A stretch of DNA of 64,000 bases from Lepidodermella squamata (Eukaryota > Animalia > Gastrotricha). A program made the translations under genes and the position numbers. The notes beneath the pieces were generated by a model. That model was not told the origin of the DNA, searched no databases, and was given only the letters and a program-made list of their open reading frames with translations. The DNA is taken from positions 1,860,001-1,924,000 of the forward strand of contig JBLDXI010000055.1 in the NCBI GenBank assembly GCA_047495785.1, in the 5' to 3' direction. This document shows, one piece after another, positions 40,045 through 54,200 of this stretch (position 1 is the first letter of the stretch; each line of letters opens with the position of its first letter).

Positions 40045-40465
40045 TTAGCTCTTATCGTCGGTTGCTACGATACCACTGGTTTCAAGTTTTGATATGAGAT
40101 CATTTGCGAACATCTCACAATACTTAGCACTGTAGTGACTCAGCAAACCATTAATTGTTTCGAAATGAGAACCATGACCGGGACTTCCAACCTGATAAAA
40201 TAATAGACCGTTTCCTAATGAGGTTTCTGGGATACATTTTGGTGGAGCATACCTTGAAACCGTTTGAGGATAACTCGATGTCCAACTGATGCCCCTCGAG
40301 TGTAATGATCCGTAAAGATGCTAGCTGTTTCGTTGAATCTAGCCCCACGATTTGAGCATCTTTCACATAGGGCTTTACTTCAGTAACGACATATTCGGCG
40401 TCTTCGAGGAACGGGCGATCTTGAGTTCCGTCGACGTAGTTATCGTTGAATGCTACATGTTCCAT
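40045..40465 (-). CDS. GSKIP: GSK3-beta interaction protein (DUF727), 2 exons
   Basis: EDAEYVVTEV, ITLEGHQLDIELSSNGFK|VG and HFETINGLLSHYSAKYCEMFANDLISKLE. Confidence 0.82.
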
Positions 40466-40841
40466 CGTTCAACTATGGTAAAACCGGTCTAAACAAATTC
40501 GAGCTGATAGTATTTATAGTTGATTTTTATATCATTAAGCAGAGCTTTTTCAGCCCAACTAGAAAGAAATCACATTTGTATAAAAGTAATTTATGGACGA
40601 GAGGGACACCTAACGACGCTTGACTGACGGCGGAAAAATAGAAAGCAAGGCTGATGCAATACTCAACAAAACTCGAGTAAATCCAATATTTATGCGGCAT
40701 TCAAAATCAGTTTTCCGATATTGCGTAACAGCGTGTGAATCTTCGATGTATTTAGCTGATAGCAAGAGATGGTACAAGGAAGAAAACCTAGAAGCCTGTT
40801 GGTCGTGCCGAGTTTTCGTCGCAAAACATTTCACAGCCTAA

Positions 40842-42317
40842 TTAGCTTTCATTCCAATAGCGGAAGAAGGATTGCATCAAATCGTAGGTTGTGAATGACA
40901 GACCGCTCGCAATCGGCCCTGAAATATATTAATTAATGAAAAGAACTTCCAGGAGGTTCACCTACCTTTAATCCAATTCATCGAAAGACCTTTGTATATC
41001 CCACCAATGAGGCCACCCTAATTGATAAATAAAATATTGCTTATGAACATTAAATAGATGGGTAAATTTAACCTCTTGCCAGATATGACGCAAGGTCAGA
41101 GTGACACGCCGATAAACGGTCTGCCTGTGAGGATCCAGATCTAGCGCGCCAGCGGTCTGCATGCGCCTTCTCACCACGTCCAGCTATAAAGATTACAATG
41201 TAAATAATCAAATAGCCGATTAGTTTCCAATTATAATAACCTAAGCTGATAAAACAGGGCCTCTATCTTCATTAGGGTTACTATATTTTGGCTATTGAAA
41301 ATACTTTCTTGGCTCCACTACATGGCATTACACATTTACAAACCGGATAGGACGACGTTTGACCGCAGACACCGGCAATGGCGCCATATAATAGCCGATG
41401 ATATGCTGATAGTTCCAGCGACACGTGATCTCTATGGTACTGCTTCAGTGATTCATATGTGAAAAATGCCACTCCCGCATAAGGAATTATTCCAAGTATA
41501 GTAGGTGTAAAGCCGTGATAAAAAGTTGCCAAGCCTTCTTGTCGGTAAATCCGAAAAACTGTTTCGATCAGGTTCGGATACCTAATAATAATCATAAAAG
41601 CCTGGTAAGCGTGCAAATCATTTCCATTATCACCGACCGGTCTTTGCTGACAACAGCCATCCGAGCTCTTAGCATATCTAATGGATACGTTATTGTCACC
41701 CCAGTCATTCCGGCTAAGGAGCCGGCAGCGAATTGGGCAAGATGTGGAAGAGGATGACTAGCGAAATAAATGCAAGTCGCATCAATAATATCGCGTTGTC
41801 GAACTTACCCCCAGTAGAAAGCCAACTGAAGTTTCCACTGTTCGTGGGCAGTAAATTGCAAAGAGGCATAAGGTATTATTCGTAGTAATGTCGCTGAATT
41901 TCCGCGCCATAAGTGCAATACGCCCTTCTCTTTGACATTGGTTCGAAGGAACACAAAGAGATGAGGTATACTGAATTTTGTTGACGAAACTGTGGTTTCA
42001 TATAAATTCAATGTCAGTGGCTGGGAAAGATTGTCAGATTAACAGACTTTGAAAATGAATTTTTGCCCGATCCAAAGGAGCTATGGCGGTTTTGGCTATA
42101 ACAATCAAATGCATCATTCAGCATGAAATATGTTGATTTGAGCATACCTACAGCACCTGCAACGGCGCCAGAAGCAAATGACTGCCACACGTCTTTCTGT
42201 GAGAAGTGCGAAACGCAAACTATGAAACTGTCATAATAATTGCTGACTTACAAAAGTTTTCCTTGGGTAATGGTCGAACAAATTTGCATTTTTGTGGGCA
42301 TTATGATCGCGATGCAT
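40842..42317 (-). CDS. SLC25A42: Mitochondrial CoA carrier (SLC25A42-like), multi-exon
   Basis: AKTAIAPLDRAKIHFQ, LWRGNSATLLRIIPY, GFTPTILGIIPYAG, GQTSSYP|LDVVRRRMQT and KGLSMNWIKGPIA. Confidence 0.9.
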
Positions 42318-43152
42318 CGATAAAGAGTAGCGATCAAACCATCTGAGAAATTAGTATTGAAACTAAAAATAAATGTACATGGGGATATACTGAAGCATCA
42401 AGCGATTTGAAACTAATAAACATCTGTGGCATTAATCGCCCCCATCATTAAGTTCACTTATCTGAAAATCGATGCGATCTAGAATAGAAGAGATTATAAT
42501 TTGCGGAAAGTTGGAGAACGGTAAGAGAACAGGTAAGAGGCATATTTCTGTTACCCTTACCATACGAGCGAAGGCACGAAACTTTTTCGATATCTCATAC
42601 GCTGAGGTCAGATTTGTAAGGGCTGGCCATTTTTCCAATTTAAACTTGTTACATGATTTAGCAAAAAGACTGCGCGATGTAAGACTAATGTTGGAGGCAA
42701 GCAGTACATAGGTTCCACGATTTGGCAGATCCAACAGCCCCTTGGACAATATGAGGAAACTGCATTAATGCATTAGAACTAATCACAAAACAGTTTTGCC
42801 CACCGCCCACCCACAAATGGAGTATCATTCTAGGTTGGCTGTCAAATTGCCTTGCGAAGCAGATTCGTTTGACTCGTCTGAAACAAGGCCATTGAATTCA
42901 AGTTTTCACCCACAAAAAAACGCAGATCGCGAAACGCGCAGAAAAAAGTACGCGCGAAAACTGTTTTTTATTTTGACACATTTATAAACTGTACATGTAA
43001 TTCAAATATTTAAAATTAATCATAAATTAAAAGAGATATAAATTTTGAGTAGCAACGAGAGCTTCCTTGGATAGATGGGGCGTTTGTCCTCATTTGAACA
43101 TACAATGATACTAATCGGTTAGGTAGCGTTCAATACATTACTCTGCTTGACT

Positions 43153-46100
43153 ATGAGCGTTAACATTGTTAGCCACGGTCCAGAGTCTGAGGAATACAGA
43201 AGAACTATCACGGATATTCTAAATGACTGCAGCTTGTCTGATGCAAATGCTGATGGCCAAGATAACGAGTCGTTACTGCCTAACACTCAGCCAGCTATTT
43301 TTTACGAAACAGTTTTGTATAAACTCCTGGCTCGTCCTACTCGTGAAAACTTGCGTAATTGTTTGCTGGTTATCGATACGTTGGAACCTCATGAAGTTAA
43401 CATTTCTTCGGACGATGGCTCCAGCTACCTTCATGTTCTAGTTAAAATGGCACCTTCGATTTATGAGGTTTGCTTTCTATGTGGTGTGAGACAGTTCTAT
43501 ATTTTCAAATTAACAGTTGAACAGTGGCCTATCCCCCGCAATTCCCGTGCTGTATCGCTTGGCGATTGCTGGTCTCGACGTGAACAAGTCAACCGCACTA
43601 GGAAATACCGCGCTACATTTGGCAGCTGTCAGACCAGAAGCTGCTGACTTTGTACAGCACCTGATCAGAATTGGAGTTGATCCAGCGATAGCAAATTTAA
43701 GGCAGTGCACGGCGTTTTACATATATAGCAAGCATACCTGTCAGCTCTTGAAAACTCCTAATGTTGTTCCGTCTGGCATATGGAGAGCAGGTACGCGGCT
43801 GTACTCACAGAAGATTTTTTCTCGAAAGCTTGCTGGCTTAGCAGCTAACTATTTCGCTGCTCTAATTTTTCGAAATGCCGAAAAGTGCATAACATGCTTA
43901 TTTGCTATTTTTATGGCCGCATGCTTTGAAGTTGCGCATTGTTAACATTGAAACTTTAGTTAGCACTATGCCAAATTTTACCTTCAGCATTTGAATTTAT
44001 ACCTATGATTAACTTCTTATTTCTCATCTTCATTACAGTTTGCGGCGAAAATTTTGTAGACATGAAAAAGCTGATCGCGTCGTCATGGACCCGGCTTAAT
44101 TGCTCTCGAGATGGCTTGTCTCTGCTATACTGTGCCGGGGAGACCGGAAACACTGCAGTAGTGGAGTTTGTTCAGAAGTACTTGTAAGTTTCCAAAGTTC
44201 ACAAAGCGTAAATATAGTGCCATTTCTCTTTAACAGCTTACGTAACGAGCTCGTAGCTCACGCTCTGGCGTGCGACTCGCTGAAATTAAAAAAAATGTTG
44301 AACAACTGCAATGGTTTGTTATAATTAATTTGATAGTTTGGCATTATATAAATTTTAGTATATTCGTCAAATGTAATTTCATAACAGTGCACATAACACA
44401 TAATTATACATTAGTCATCGGCCTAAATGAAATGATATTTTCTTCCATTTAGACAACGATATCAAATCTCTAATCAACGCGGTCGACGAATCTTTTGCGC
44501 CACCCAAGCCTCTGTTAGCATTTCTTCGCGAGTTCGGAGAAGATATCTCGGGTCCAACAATACAACTATTGCGAAAGCAAGCCGGCATAGAAACAAATAC
44601 TCCATTCCCCATCGATGACTCGTACATTGGTAAGTGTTTTCGACCAACCTATCTTTGTATTGATACCAGTTATTGTTGTCAGCTGAAATCCGCGCCCTAA
44701 ACACCGCATTTGAAGATTCTGAATTTTATGAACAAGTTATTGAAGGAAGTGCTGCTTCATTAGATGAAGCGTTGCAACTGATTTCTGCGGGCAAGGTACA
44801 TTTCTGATCTTTCCATCTCTACTACTTACAATTGATTGCTCCAGGTAAATGTCGCTTTGAGATCGCAACAACCAGAACGCTTAGGTTGGACATATCTTCA
44901 TTTGGTGGCTCATACATGGCGGTCATCAGAAGGTAATCGAGATCCAGTATTGCAGCGACGCTATATCAGGTTGATTTATCGACTGTCTTTGGCTGGAGTT
45001 GACGTAAATGCGAGAGATGGAAGCAACCAAACGGCTCTTTTGGTTGGTGAAATCCAAGCGCTTCCTTGTAATTATTAACAAAGTTAACTCCAGAAAGCTT
45101 TTGACAACAATGACCCAACCATGGCGATGCACTTGCTAAGATGCGGAGCGGATGGCGCAGTTTCTTCTCCAGGAGGCGTTTTGATCGGTATCGAGCGCTA
45201 TGAGTATCAAGGGCGTCTCGTAGCTCGAGCAGGTCTCCGTCCGAAAGACATCGCTGGGTTGTGGGCAGCTGTGGAAGCTGGTGACTACGAGCGAACAGAA
45301 AGATGGCTTTCATCATGGTGCCGCGTTAATGCAGTTCGTGACGATCGTTCTGTACTTGACGTCGCCAGGTCGCTGGGTAACAAGAAGATTATAGAGCTCC
45401 TTGAGAAAATGCGTCACACCACGGAACTTGTATGTGCTGCCTTGGCCTGTGATGTCGAAAAAGTCAAGTTATTACTGGCGCTGGGAAAACGTAAATATTA
45501 TTATACAAATCAAGGGTTGTACAAAACCAGTATTTCCAATATAGGAATGTGTAACCTCAACCCTGTCGATCCAGTTCGTTGGAATTTCGCTAAAAAACCT
45601 TTATGCGATATTTATCTTGATATAAATTACAGCTTCATTTCATTGGTTTACTACCGAGGCGTTGTCGAATTGAAACAATACACCGTCCATTTGTTATAAC
45701 TGCTATGGAAGTTTGCACTCCGCCGATAGTTCACATGCTGGTCAAATTTGGAGCAGACTTGGACCATTTCTATGACGGTATAAGAATCCCATGACATTTA
45801 TTTAATTTTCAGATAACAAAGCTTGAATTGCGACTTACCAGCCACGTCATTTTAGCGATGCGCAAAAATTTATATGTGTTATCCTCGAATTGCGACAACA
45901 GTTCTGTGGTATGAAATGTAGTTTTCTGGCCTAAGCTGGCTTGTCGCTAATAATTAAGATTAATGGGATTCATTGACTCTCGGGTTTTTATAATGCCATG
46001 GTAAACATTTTTCAGAAGCTGCTCCGTGTGGACCAGTTGCATTTTGGGCGTTCAGACCTGGAATCGATCCCGCTGTTACGATGGTTGTAGCGCAAAGTGC

Positions 46101-47792
46101 CTCTTTAACTCTCAAAGACGAGCGTGGCTGCTCTTTGCTTCACCGGGCTCTGACGAAGCCGGTAAACAGTTACTTACCTATATCAATTTGTAACATACCT
46201 ATGCTTTTCGACTATTCCAGGAACAAGAATTGAAGAAAGAAATCGTAGAGGTGCTTATTGATCGAGGAATAGATATTTCGATGCGCGATATTGACGGCTC
46301 GTCAGCTAGAGACTATATCACCATCTACGATATTCCGAATGGCGATGCGCTGCGTGCCTGTATCGATTTGCACATTCTCGAATTAGCCGTGAAAGGAAAG
46401 CTCGAATACTTGGAGAATCTTGTGCTTCAAGGCTACGATCATATTTTAAACATTCGAGGCCCTCCGAAAAATTACACCATAACCGAGCATGTTACGTTGA
46501 AAAATTTGACTGACATAAAGGAGTTCCTCGAAGAAATACATCTGATTCAGGTTTTTATGAGTTTGCAAAATGGGATGTAAATATATTCGATATACAATTT
46601 TAGAAAGATATCGAAGCCGTTCAGGCTGCAGCTGCTACGGGCAACATTGGTTATCTGGCCAGATGCACGGAAAAGATAAGCATTTATGGTAAATTCCCAA
46701 TACTATTAATTACCTATTAAAATTAAGCCTCCTATTCACTTCAGGAAAAGACAAAGGCGGCAGAACTCTGTTACATAAAGCTGTGCTTTGGGAGCAAGAA
46801 AATATAATTGAATTCGTATTGCAGCAGCTTCCTCAAATAATCAACTTGACGGACAATTTGAATCGAACCCGTAAGTCTACAGCAGATTATCTGATTCTAG
46901 GAACTGATTTTTGGTGTCACATTCCAGCGTTGCATTATTGCGCCTGCCTACCACAGCCTAACCGCAAGAAGCTGTGGCAGCTGCTTGGCTCCAAAATCAA
47001 TGGTTGCAACCCTACCATTAAGGATGTGAATGACATGACTGCAGCAGACTACGTTAAGGAGATGGACCACGAGACACCGGTAGAATCTAAAAAGTACGCG
47101 GAAAATGAGGGTTCATTTTTCCAACATTCGCGCATTTTTTACTGCTTTTCAGGCGAGGCCGCCAAGTTTTCAACTACCGCGTTCAGACAGTCTTGGAGGA
47201 TGAACAAAGCAAACGATATGGTCACGTATACGAATTATATTCAGCCTACCACGCTCTATGGGATCATTTGATAAAAGCTGGTACTCCAGATAACGACGAT
47301 CATTTGATCAGCATCGGAAATCACCTGGCAGGAGACTACGTCGACCCTGTGTGGAACGGGAAGCTACTGTTCAAGTGCATTGAACAGAAGCAGCAGGACA
47401 ATGCATTGAACCTTTGGCGCCAGCTTAAAATGACGCTGTCTCCCGAGGCTCTTCAGGAGGAAACCTACACACTGACGATTACTGTCCAAGAGCGCGTCAA
47501 GACTGCACAGAAACAAGCACAACCGGCTAGGCGAGGCCGACAAGCGGCGCAAACAGTGCAGATGCAAGACGTGAAGAAAGATATTAAAACAAGCTTAATT
47601 GACGCTACCAAGCACAATTTTCTGATGTTACTCGAGAAAGTATGGCGCGAGTATATGGCTGAAGCGGCAGAGGGTGCAAAGCTTCTGGAAAACGTAGGCG
47701 AACTGATCGAAACAAATACCCAAGCTGTTCAGACCGATCCTCCGGCGCTGGGTTCGCACAGCGTGCCACAACAGCCTGTTGCTGTGGTTTAA
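43153..47792 (+). CDS. Uncharacterised ankyrin-repeat protein with a tandemly duplicated N-terminal module, many exons
   Basis: ANK motifs GNTALHLAA, GVDVNARD, GCSLLHRAL and GRTLLHKAV; two mutually similar modules; open-frame segments separated by short GT-AG introns. It could be two adjacent genes. Confidence 0.72.
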
Positions 47793-48063
47793 AACGATCG
47801 CATGTAGCCTGGAACTAGAACTTGGAACATAGAATGCACTAACTGTAACGTATATACATTATTTTCCATTTTTGCATTATCATTCAAAGCATCAATAAAT
47901 GCATGTTTCCATATTGATTTCAGATATCGCTGAGAAAAAAAATGAGCCGTAAACATTCTTCTCTTCAAATACTTCATTTATTTTCAAGCGTTGAAACAAA
48001 CCGAAAATTCAGATAATATCAGCATTTAACAGTGTTTTTTGGCGTTCCCAGCCGCCAAAAATA

Positions 48064-51000
48064 TCAATGACTATCATGAGAATAATGAAGATCAGGTCGC
48101 AAAGTCGCCAGGGAGGCAGAAATAGGCAGTAACTCGACAAGTGGCGTATCAGCCTCAACGTATCTCATACTATATTCCAGCATCTCATCCAAATCTTCTC
48201 GCGACATCCAATTGGATTCTATTTCTGTCGAAACACGAGCGACTTGGCAAGTTGTTTGCATCTGCTGAGAAAACGAGGAATCAGCCTCTGAAGAAGAGGA
48301 TATCATTTCAGGTGACGCGAGGGGTGCATCGTAGGCTATTCTGGGCTCTCGTGGGTCGTATTTAGTACCAATCCCACTCCAAGCCTCTAGATCACGAATC
48401 GGGAGTATTGCTGGGCGAGTATTTTGACGGTGCAATGCATCTTCAGGCTTAAACCTGTGCAGTAAATCATTTTCACTTGAGCTTTCATCCTCTTCGCAGA
48501 GCTGAGTGATTTGCTCGACGATATTAGCAGCGCTGGTATCGTTTAAAACAACTTGAAACATGTCGTGGTCGAGAAGTGCATTGTTTGGAATTGGCGTCAC
48601 ATTTCGGCTCGCATGACATGACGGTAGTAGCATGACACGAGGCGGCTGGCTGAAACGTTCATACGTTTTGTCAACGTCGCGTTGCAAGTATAGGAAGCTG
48701 CTAGCGCCATTTTCCGGCTCATCAAGCACCAGCGCATCCGGTTCAGGCGAGCAGGTGATGACGCGGTTCTCATCACCATCAACTACAAATGTCAGCGCGA
48801 CATCGATCAATGACGAGGATGGGAAAGTTAGCGTAGTTTGACATGCGCTATCCATGCGCGGACTCCCAGTTGCAGTTGGAATGCCCTTTAGTGCTGATTT
48901 TAGCAACCGTTTACGGTCTGCTAGAGAACTGTTTCGTCTCGGTCGAATTAACGGCGATACATCGGCGCTGATTGCGGTGCGCTCGGGTGGTGGCTTGATA
49001 CGAAGCGATGGCTGAGCTAGTGGAGGCGTCCCTTGTTGGTGAATAGCGGAAGCAGAGCGGAATGCAGGATGAACGAAAGAAGCCTGCTCTGCCGCTCCAA
49101 TGGGCGGCCGGTAATTTGACTGGCTGCCACTAAAGAATCCGGGTTCGGTTGCTTTGCATGAACAAGTCTGCGTGAAGGCAATACGAAATTTCGCTGATAA
49201 CAGACTGTACAACACTGGATTGATTGTGGGACTGACGTAGAATAGCACACCTATAGAATGGTGATGATAAAATTTTAGGTTATACGGTAATACGGCAAAA
49301 TGTAACAAACGCGCTGATCGAATTAGTAGTAAGTTCTAAACCCCGGGCGAAAGAATGAAGAAAGTTCATCTGTTTCTACGATGACATTTATTTGCTCTTG
49401 CTTTGATTCTATCAAATGATCAGATTTGATTTGCCTCTAACTGCCCATGCTAGCATAATGTTATCAAAAAGGCGCCTATCGTTAAGGCCGATTCCTTATT
49501 TCCTTATTCTGATTTTGGAAGGCTGAAGTAACGGAATGTGTAACATACCACTTATGCTGAAGAGGAAATTGAAAAATTCTTGATGTAGCACGAAAGATTC
49601 GAAAGCCAGATAGATGCTGAGCAAGCGTTGTAAGTGGAAAGGGCACCAGCAGATAAAAAATGCAATAACGACTGCAACAAGGTAAATTGGCGCCGAAGCT
49701 CGTTTTGTGGCCGCTGTTGACCGTCGTGAGGATCCCCGAGTAAGCGGTAGAGGGGTGTTCTTGGCCAAAAATCCACCGCGAAATACGGACTCTGATTTGC
49801 GAGTGGCAAAAAAATTCGCGACCGGTACTGTGAGCCGCCTTTGGAACCCGAGTTTAACGCTGAGATTGGAAAGCCGACTCTGCTTTCGCTTCGTTGGTTC
49901 AACGTCTGGCGATGGATTTTGACTTGGCTTCTTTGATGACTCGATTGAAGCTTCCCCAGAACGTCGCTTGACTTCATTTACACTTGCAAACCATCCGAAC
50001 AGCGAACGCCTGATTCGCAAGCCAATGAGTGTGTACAAAATTGATACGTAGATAAGCGGAACCAAGAAAAAGATGTAGGCTGAAACTTGCATAGCAACGC
50101 GCATCACATCTTGCGATTCGGACGGAATGCTGCAGACGACGGATTCTGGGATGTCTACTGTTCCATTACTACTCGGAAATTTTCGATATGCGAAGACTCG
50201 AGCCGAGACGGCGAACGGCATCGAAAAAGATATTGCAACAAGCCAGATCATAGCCAATATGCGTAATGCCGAACTCTTGGATTTGACCGACGCAAGTTTC
50301 AGCGGATGGCAAACTGCGATGTAACGTTCAGTTGTGAATGCAATCTGTTCAAAAAAACCAGAAAACGATAAATTGGAATTTTCGAAATTAAATGGCAGGG
50401 CTCAGAAAAAATGAGACGAACTGAATAAAGATACTTGAGGTGCGACTTCTAATCAAAAGAGATCGCGAATGATTTAAATATGCTGATGCAAAACAAAATC
50501 GGCCTTGTTGAGCCGCATCTATCATTGATCGCCACCCCCGTTGCATATTAGGGGTGTAACCCTCAAAGTATTAACTTGACGGTTTTTTCTTGTCGAATGT
50601 CGAGTGGGCGTGCGCTTTTTTATCCTACCAACATAAGGCGCATAGTGAAACGCAATCGACGCGTCTCTTGTCTCTTTCACAAGTATATATAGTTAATAAG
50701 TATAGTTTAGGGACACTATCGAAAAAATGATCTTACGATCGTCATGACGCTGTTGTAGCACGCAAATTCGATTAGAGCCGTTCGAAGAACACAAACCGGG
50801 TATCCGAATGGCCACGGATAAGTCTGCCACAAGAAAAAAATTTCGACAGGCAAACCTACAAATTTTTTTAAGATTGATTATTATTGAATTAATATTGTCC
50901 TCACCGGATATGAGAGTGGTCAGGTCGGCAATTGAAAGATTGAATATGTAGTAATTGGTTGTTGTATGCAGCACCTTGTTACGAATGATGACGATGCAAG

Positions 51001-51298
51001 TGAGAAAATTGCCAACGATGCCACTGGTTAGAATCAGCGAATAAAGAACCGTTAAAAAAATACGCACAGCCGGATCAAAGTTCGATTTGGGCCCTAATTC
51101 TCCTGCGAGGTAGTCATCGACATCAAAAGCAGTAGCAGTAGTATTGGCTGGTGTGAAGTTTTTCGGAGTTGTGAGTGGCACGCTATGAAATCTATTCGGT
51201 GCGCCACCCGGTGTTGTCAAGAAAGGGAAGACAGTGACGCCGCTATCGGCTGAAATATAAACAGTATCGGAACCTTCATCGTCGTATAGCGAGCTCAT
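48064..51298 (-). CDS. Class A neuropeptide GPCR, neuromedin U / pyrokinin / CAPA (PRXamide) receptor-like
   Basis: GIVGNFLTCIVI..LHTTTNYYIFNLSIADL, YPWPFG..C, FTTERYIAVCHP, VVIAFFICWCPFHLQRLL and YVSPTINPVLYSLLSAKFR. Confidence 0.88.
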
Positions 51299-54200
51299 AT
51301 GGGCAGCTGCTGCGGCGTCTGCGGGTGAGTTGATTTAAAGAGTCAAATAACTTAGCGCTTGCATATTAACCATGTGCAGTATTAGTTCTTCGTCTGAATA
51401 GTGGAAAAACGGCGCACTAAAAAAATCGGAAATTCACTTTGTAAGGCAATTGAGTTTCAAATAGCAAAAGTCCTATTACTGAGCCGGAAGTAGAAACGAA
51501 TAATCTACTAGCGATATACGCAAACTTTTCGTGCAAAGACCAATATGAATCAGCATCAATGAGCAGTTATAGTGTCATCCTGCATTTATTGCCAGTTCAG
51601 CTTTGGGATTTGATCGCATTTTAATTATGTCATCATTTTCTGCGTTTACTAGAGCGATTAACATGGCGGAGATGCATAGCCAAATCAAAAGCCCATCGAG
51701 CAAATGCCGCTGTTTACGCTTACACATGGCTGCTGGGCTGTACCATTTCAGCGGGTATTATATAGGCGCTTCGACGATCGATTTTCCACTGGTCGCTCTT
51801 GTAATTATGAAGCTATCCGAAGCGTTATATTAATAACATGCCAGTAGCCGCCGCTACATCAATGCTCATTCTCGTCAGATATTCCACACCTTTACGCAAA
51901 AACCACGAACAAGCACGCAACGCCGAGCTCAAATAATAACTTACTGACGCCGTAGCTAATGCGAAAACAAAAATTATTAGAAAATTACAGAAAAATATTT
52001 GGGATGGGATTGTGTCATTTGGGATGATTTGATTCATTCATACTTTCATTGTTTACCATGTCGATAGAAGTTTAGCAACACTAAACCACCAATGCGTGTA
52101 TTTTATGCTATCTGCTATGAAACTTGCTTCTATTGGATAACATCGGATAGATAGATAGATGGCCGAAGCGCAAGAAATTAGCGAATGTGATTTGCTTATT
52201 CTCAAGCGCCAGTTCATACTTCAGCTATCACTTCAATGGTTGTAAAAATGAGGGCTAACGATTGCGATGATACGCGCTGAAATTACCGCAATGCTGGATT
52301 GGCGCCAGCGACATGGAATATTGCCGGTGCAAATCCAAGTTTGCCATAAGGGCTGCGCTGATATGATGTGTCAGAGAGAAAACTCAGTAACATTGATTCT
52401 TAGAGGAAAAGTATATTTAGCAATTTTTGTTTTTGTTTTTGTATATTCGAGCAGGAAGCTCGATACATAATTGCATTTTTTATCACAAGAATGATCGATA
52501 AAAGTAACGCTAAATAATGTAATTCCACAAATTGTCATCATAAAATTATCTGTAAAAGCGTGGCGAATACACGGTGAGAAATGATTTGTCGCCGGTTATA
52601 TACTCTTGTCAGTTGCGAGAAAATGAGCAAAGAAATTCTGAGTCAATAAAAGATATTGATCGGTAATATCAAATGAATAATATTTCAAAGTTCGCGGGCT
52701 GCATGAATTCACAAGCAAGCGCTATATAATTCCCACATCAATTCTACTGATCACGACAACAGTACCTCGAAATAAAAAACAGAATCCGAAACAAAAAACG
52801 CAAAACGAGAAAAATGGTCTCGACTTGAGCTCTAACGGAAGTTGCCACCTACTACCAGTAATTGCAGAAGTTGGAGGTATTCAGAAACAACCGTGGAAAA
52901 ATGTTTTCGTAAAAGAAGCAATAATTTACCAAAAGAAAATGTTTTTCTCATTGTTACTATTACATTTTATACGCGTTCACAAACACAAATGTTTTTGTAT
53001 TGTTTTATGCAAGGGAGGATGTTACTGCAAACAGCTCACAAGCCAAGACCATTTCGCTACGATCGCTGGGTGACTGGCTGACTGACAGGGAATTCTTCGT
53101 GTGTAGCAGCCTGGCTTCTAACGGCCAATACAGAATTCGCGGTTCGAGAGATAGACTTCAAGTTTTTCGCGAAATTTATGGAGGTGCGGGCGGGCGTGAA
53201 ATAAGCGGCGGAATAACGGCTTTCAGGCGAATATTTTCCGCTATCCACAAAGCTCCCCGATATTGTCTGCTATGAGCGGTCAGTTTATGAGTTATACTTC
53301 AGCTTGCTGAGCCGATATCGATTCCAAGTATCGATTTTGCAAATCACTGAGTTTACCGATATCAGCCATCGTGGAACCTAACATCGATCACTATTCTACG
53401 GAGCTTAGGGCGCCAGGTAGCTAAAATAAAAAATCATAGGTTCAGAGAGGGCATTAACAACGATCAAAAGCGAAAACGCCGAAATCGCAAAGAATATGAC
53501 AAATTTAGTGCCAGGACGCTTACATTTTTAGTGCTGGAACCTCATTTTTCGTAGTGTAAATATTTGGGGTCTCTACAAACAACTCCAATGTTTTACGCCT
53601 TTACCACTGCGGCTGAAACCCGATCACAGCTAAGTCGCCTTGAATTATAAAAACTTGTCAACATCTCGACGAAATCTTCTGAAAGCATTTCGTCATCTCG
53701 CGATTTCCCAAACTATAGAAGGATTGTATTAAGAGGCGACTTTGCACAATTCATTAATTTATGTTTAGATTTACAAAGCACGATATAAAACACATTTTTG
53801 TGTTTTTTCTCCACTCGGCAATTGGGTAGGTACATCATTTGGATGACTTTATGTAGGAATTGCTTTCGATTCATTCATGGATGCACTGTTGACTTCGGGG
53901 ATAAAAAAGGTTACCTTATCTATGGTTAGCTTACTCAGAAATAAGCTGCCACCACATTCATGGTGACTTGGGTGAATTGGGCTCGATTCCCGCTTGGACC
54001 TGGCAGCAGCAGTATGCTTCTTTTTGGTTGCCTAATCTCGATTGTCATCAGACCTAAAACCACAGAAACCATATATTGCTTCCAAGATTGGCGCCTGATG
54101 CGGATTGATGCAGATTGAGGCATTTTATCCGTACTGACGACACGAAAATACGCAAACCTCGGTTCCTGCAGTCAGGCAAACCCGCAGTCCAGTCATATTC

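Noticed and set aside
45820-45960. Imperfect inverted repeat in an enlarged intron of the ankyrin gene (snoRNA or MITE?)
   Set aside because: Too short and degenerate; no convincing C/D or H/ACA boxes or TSD.
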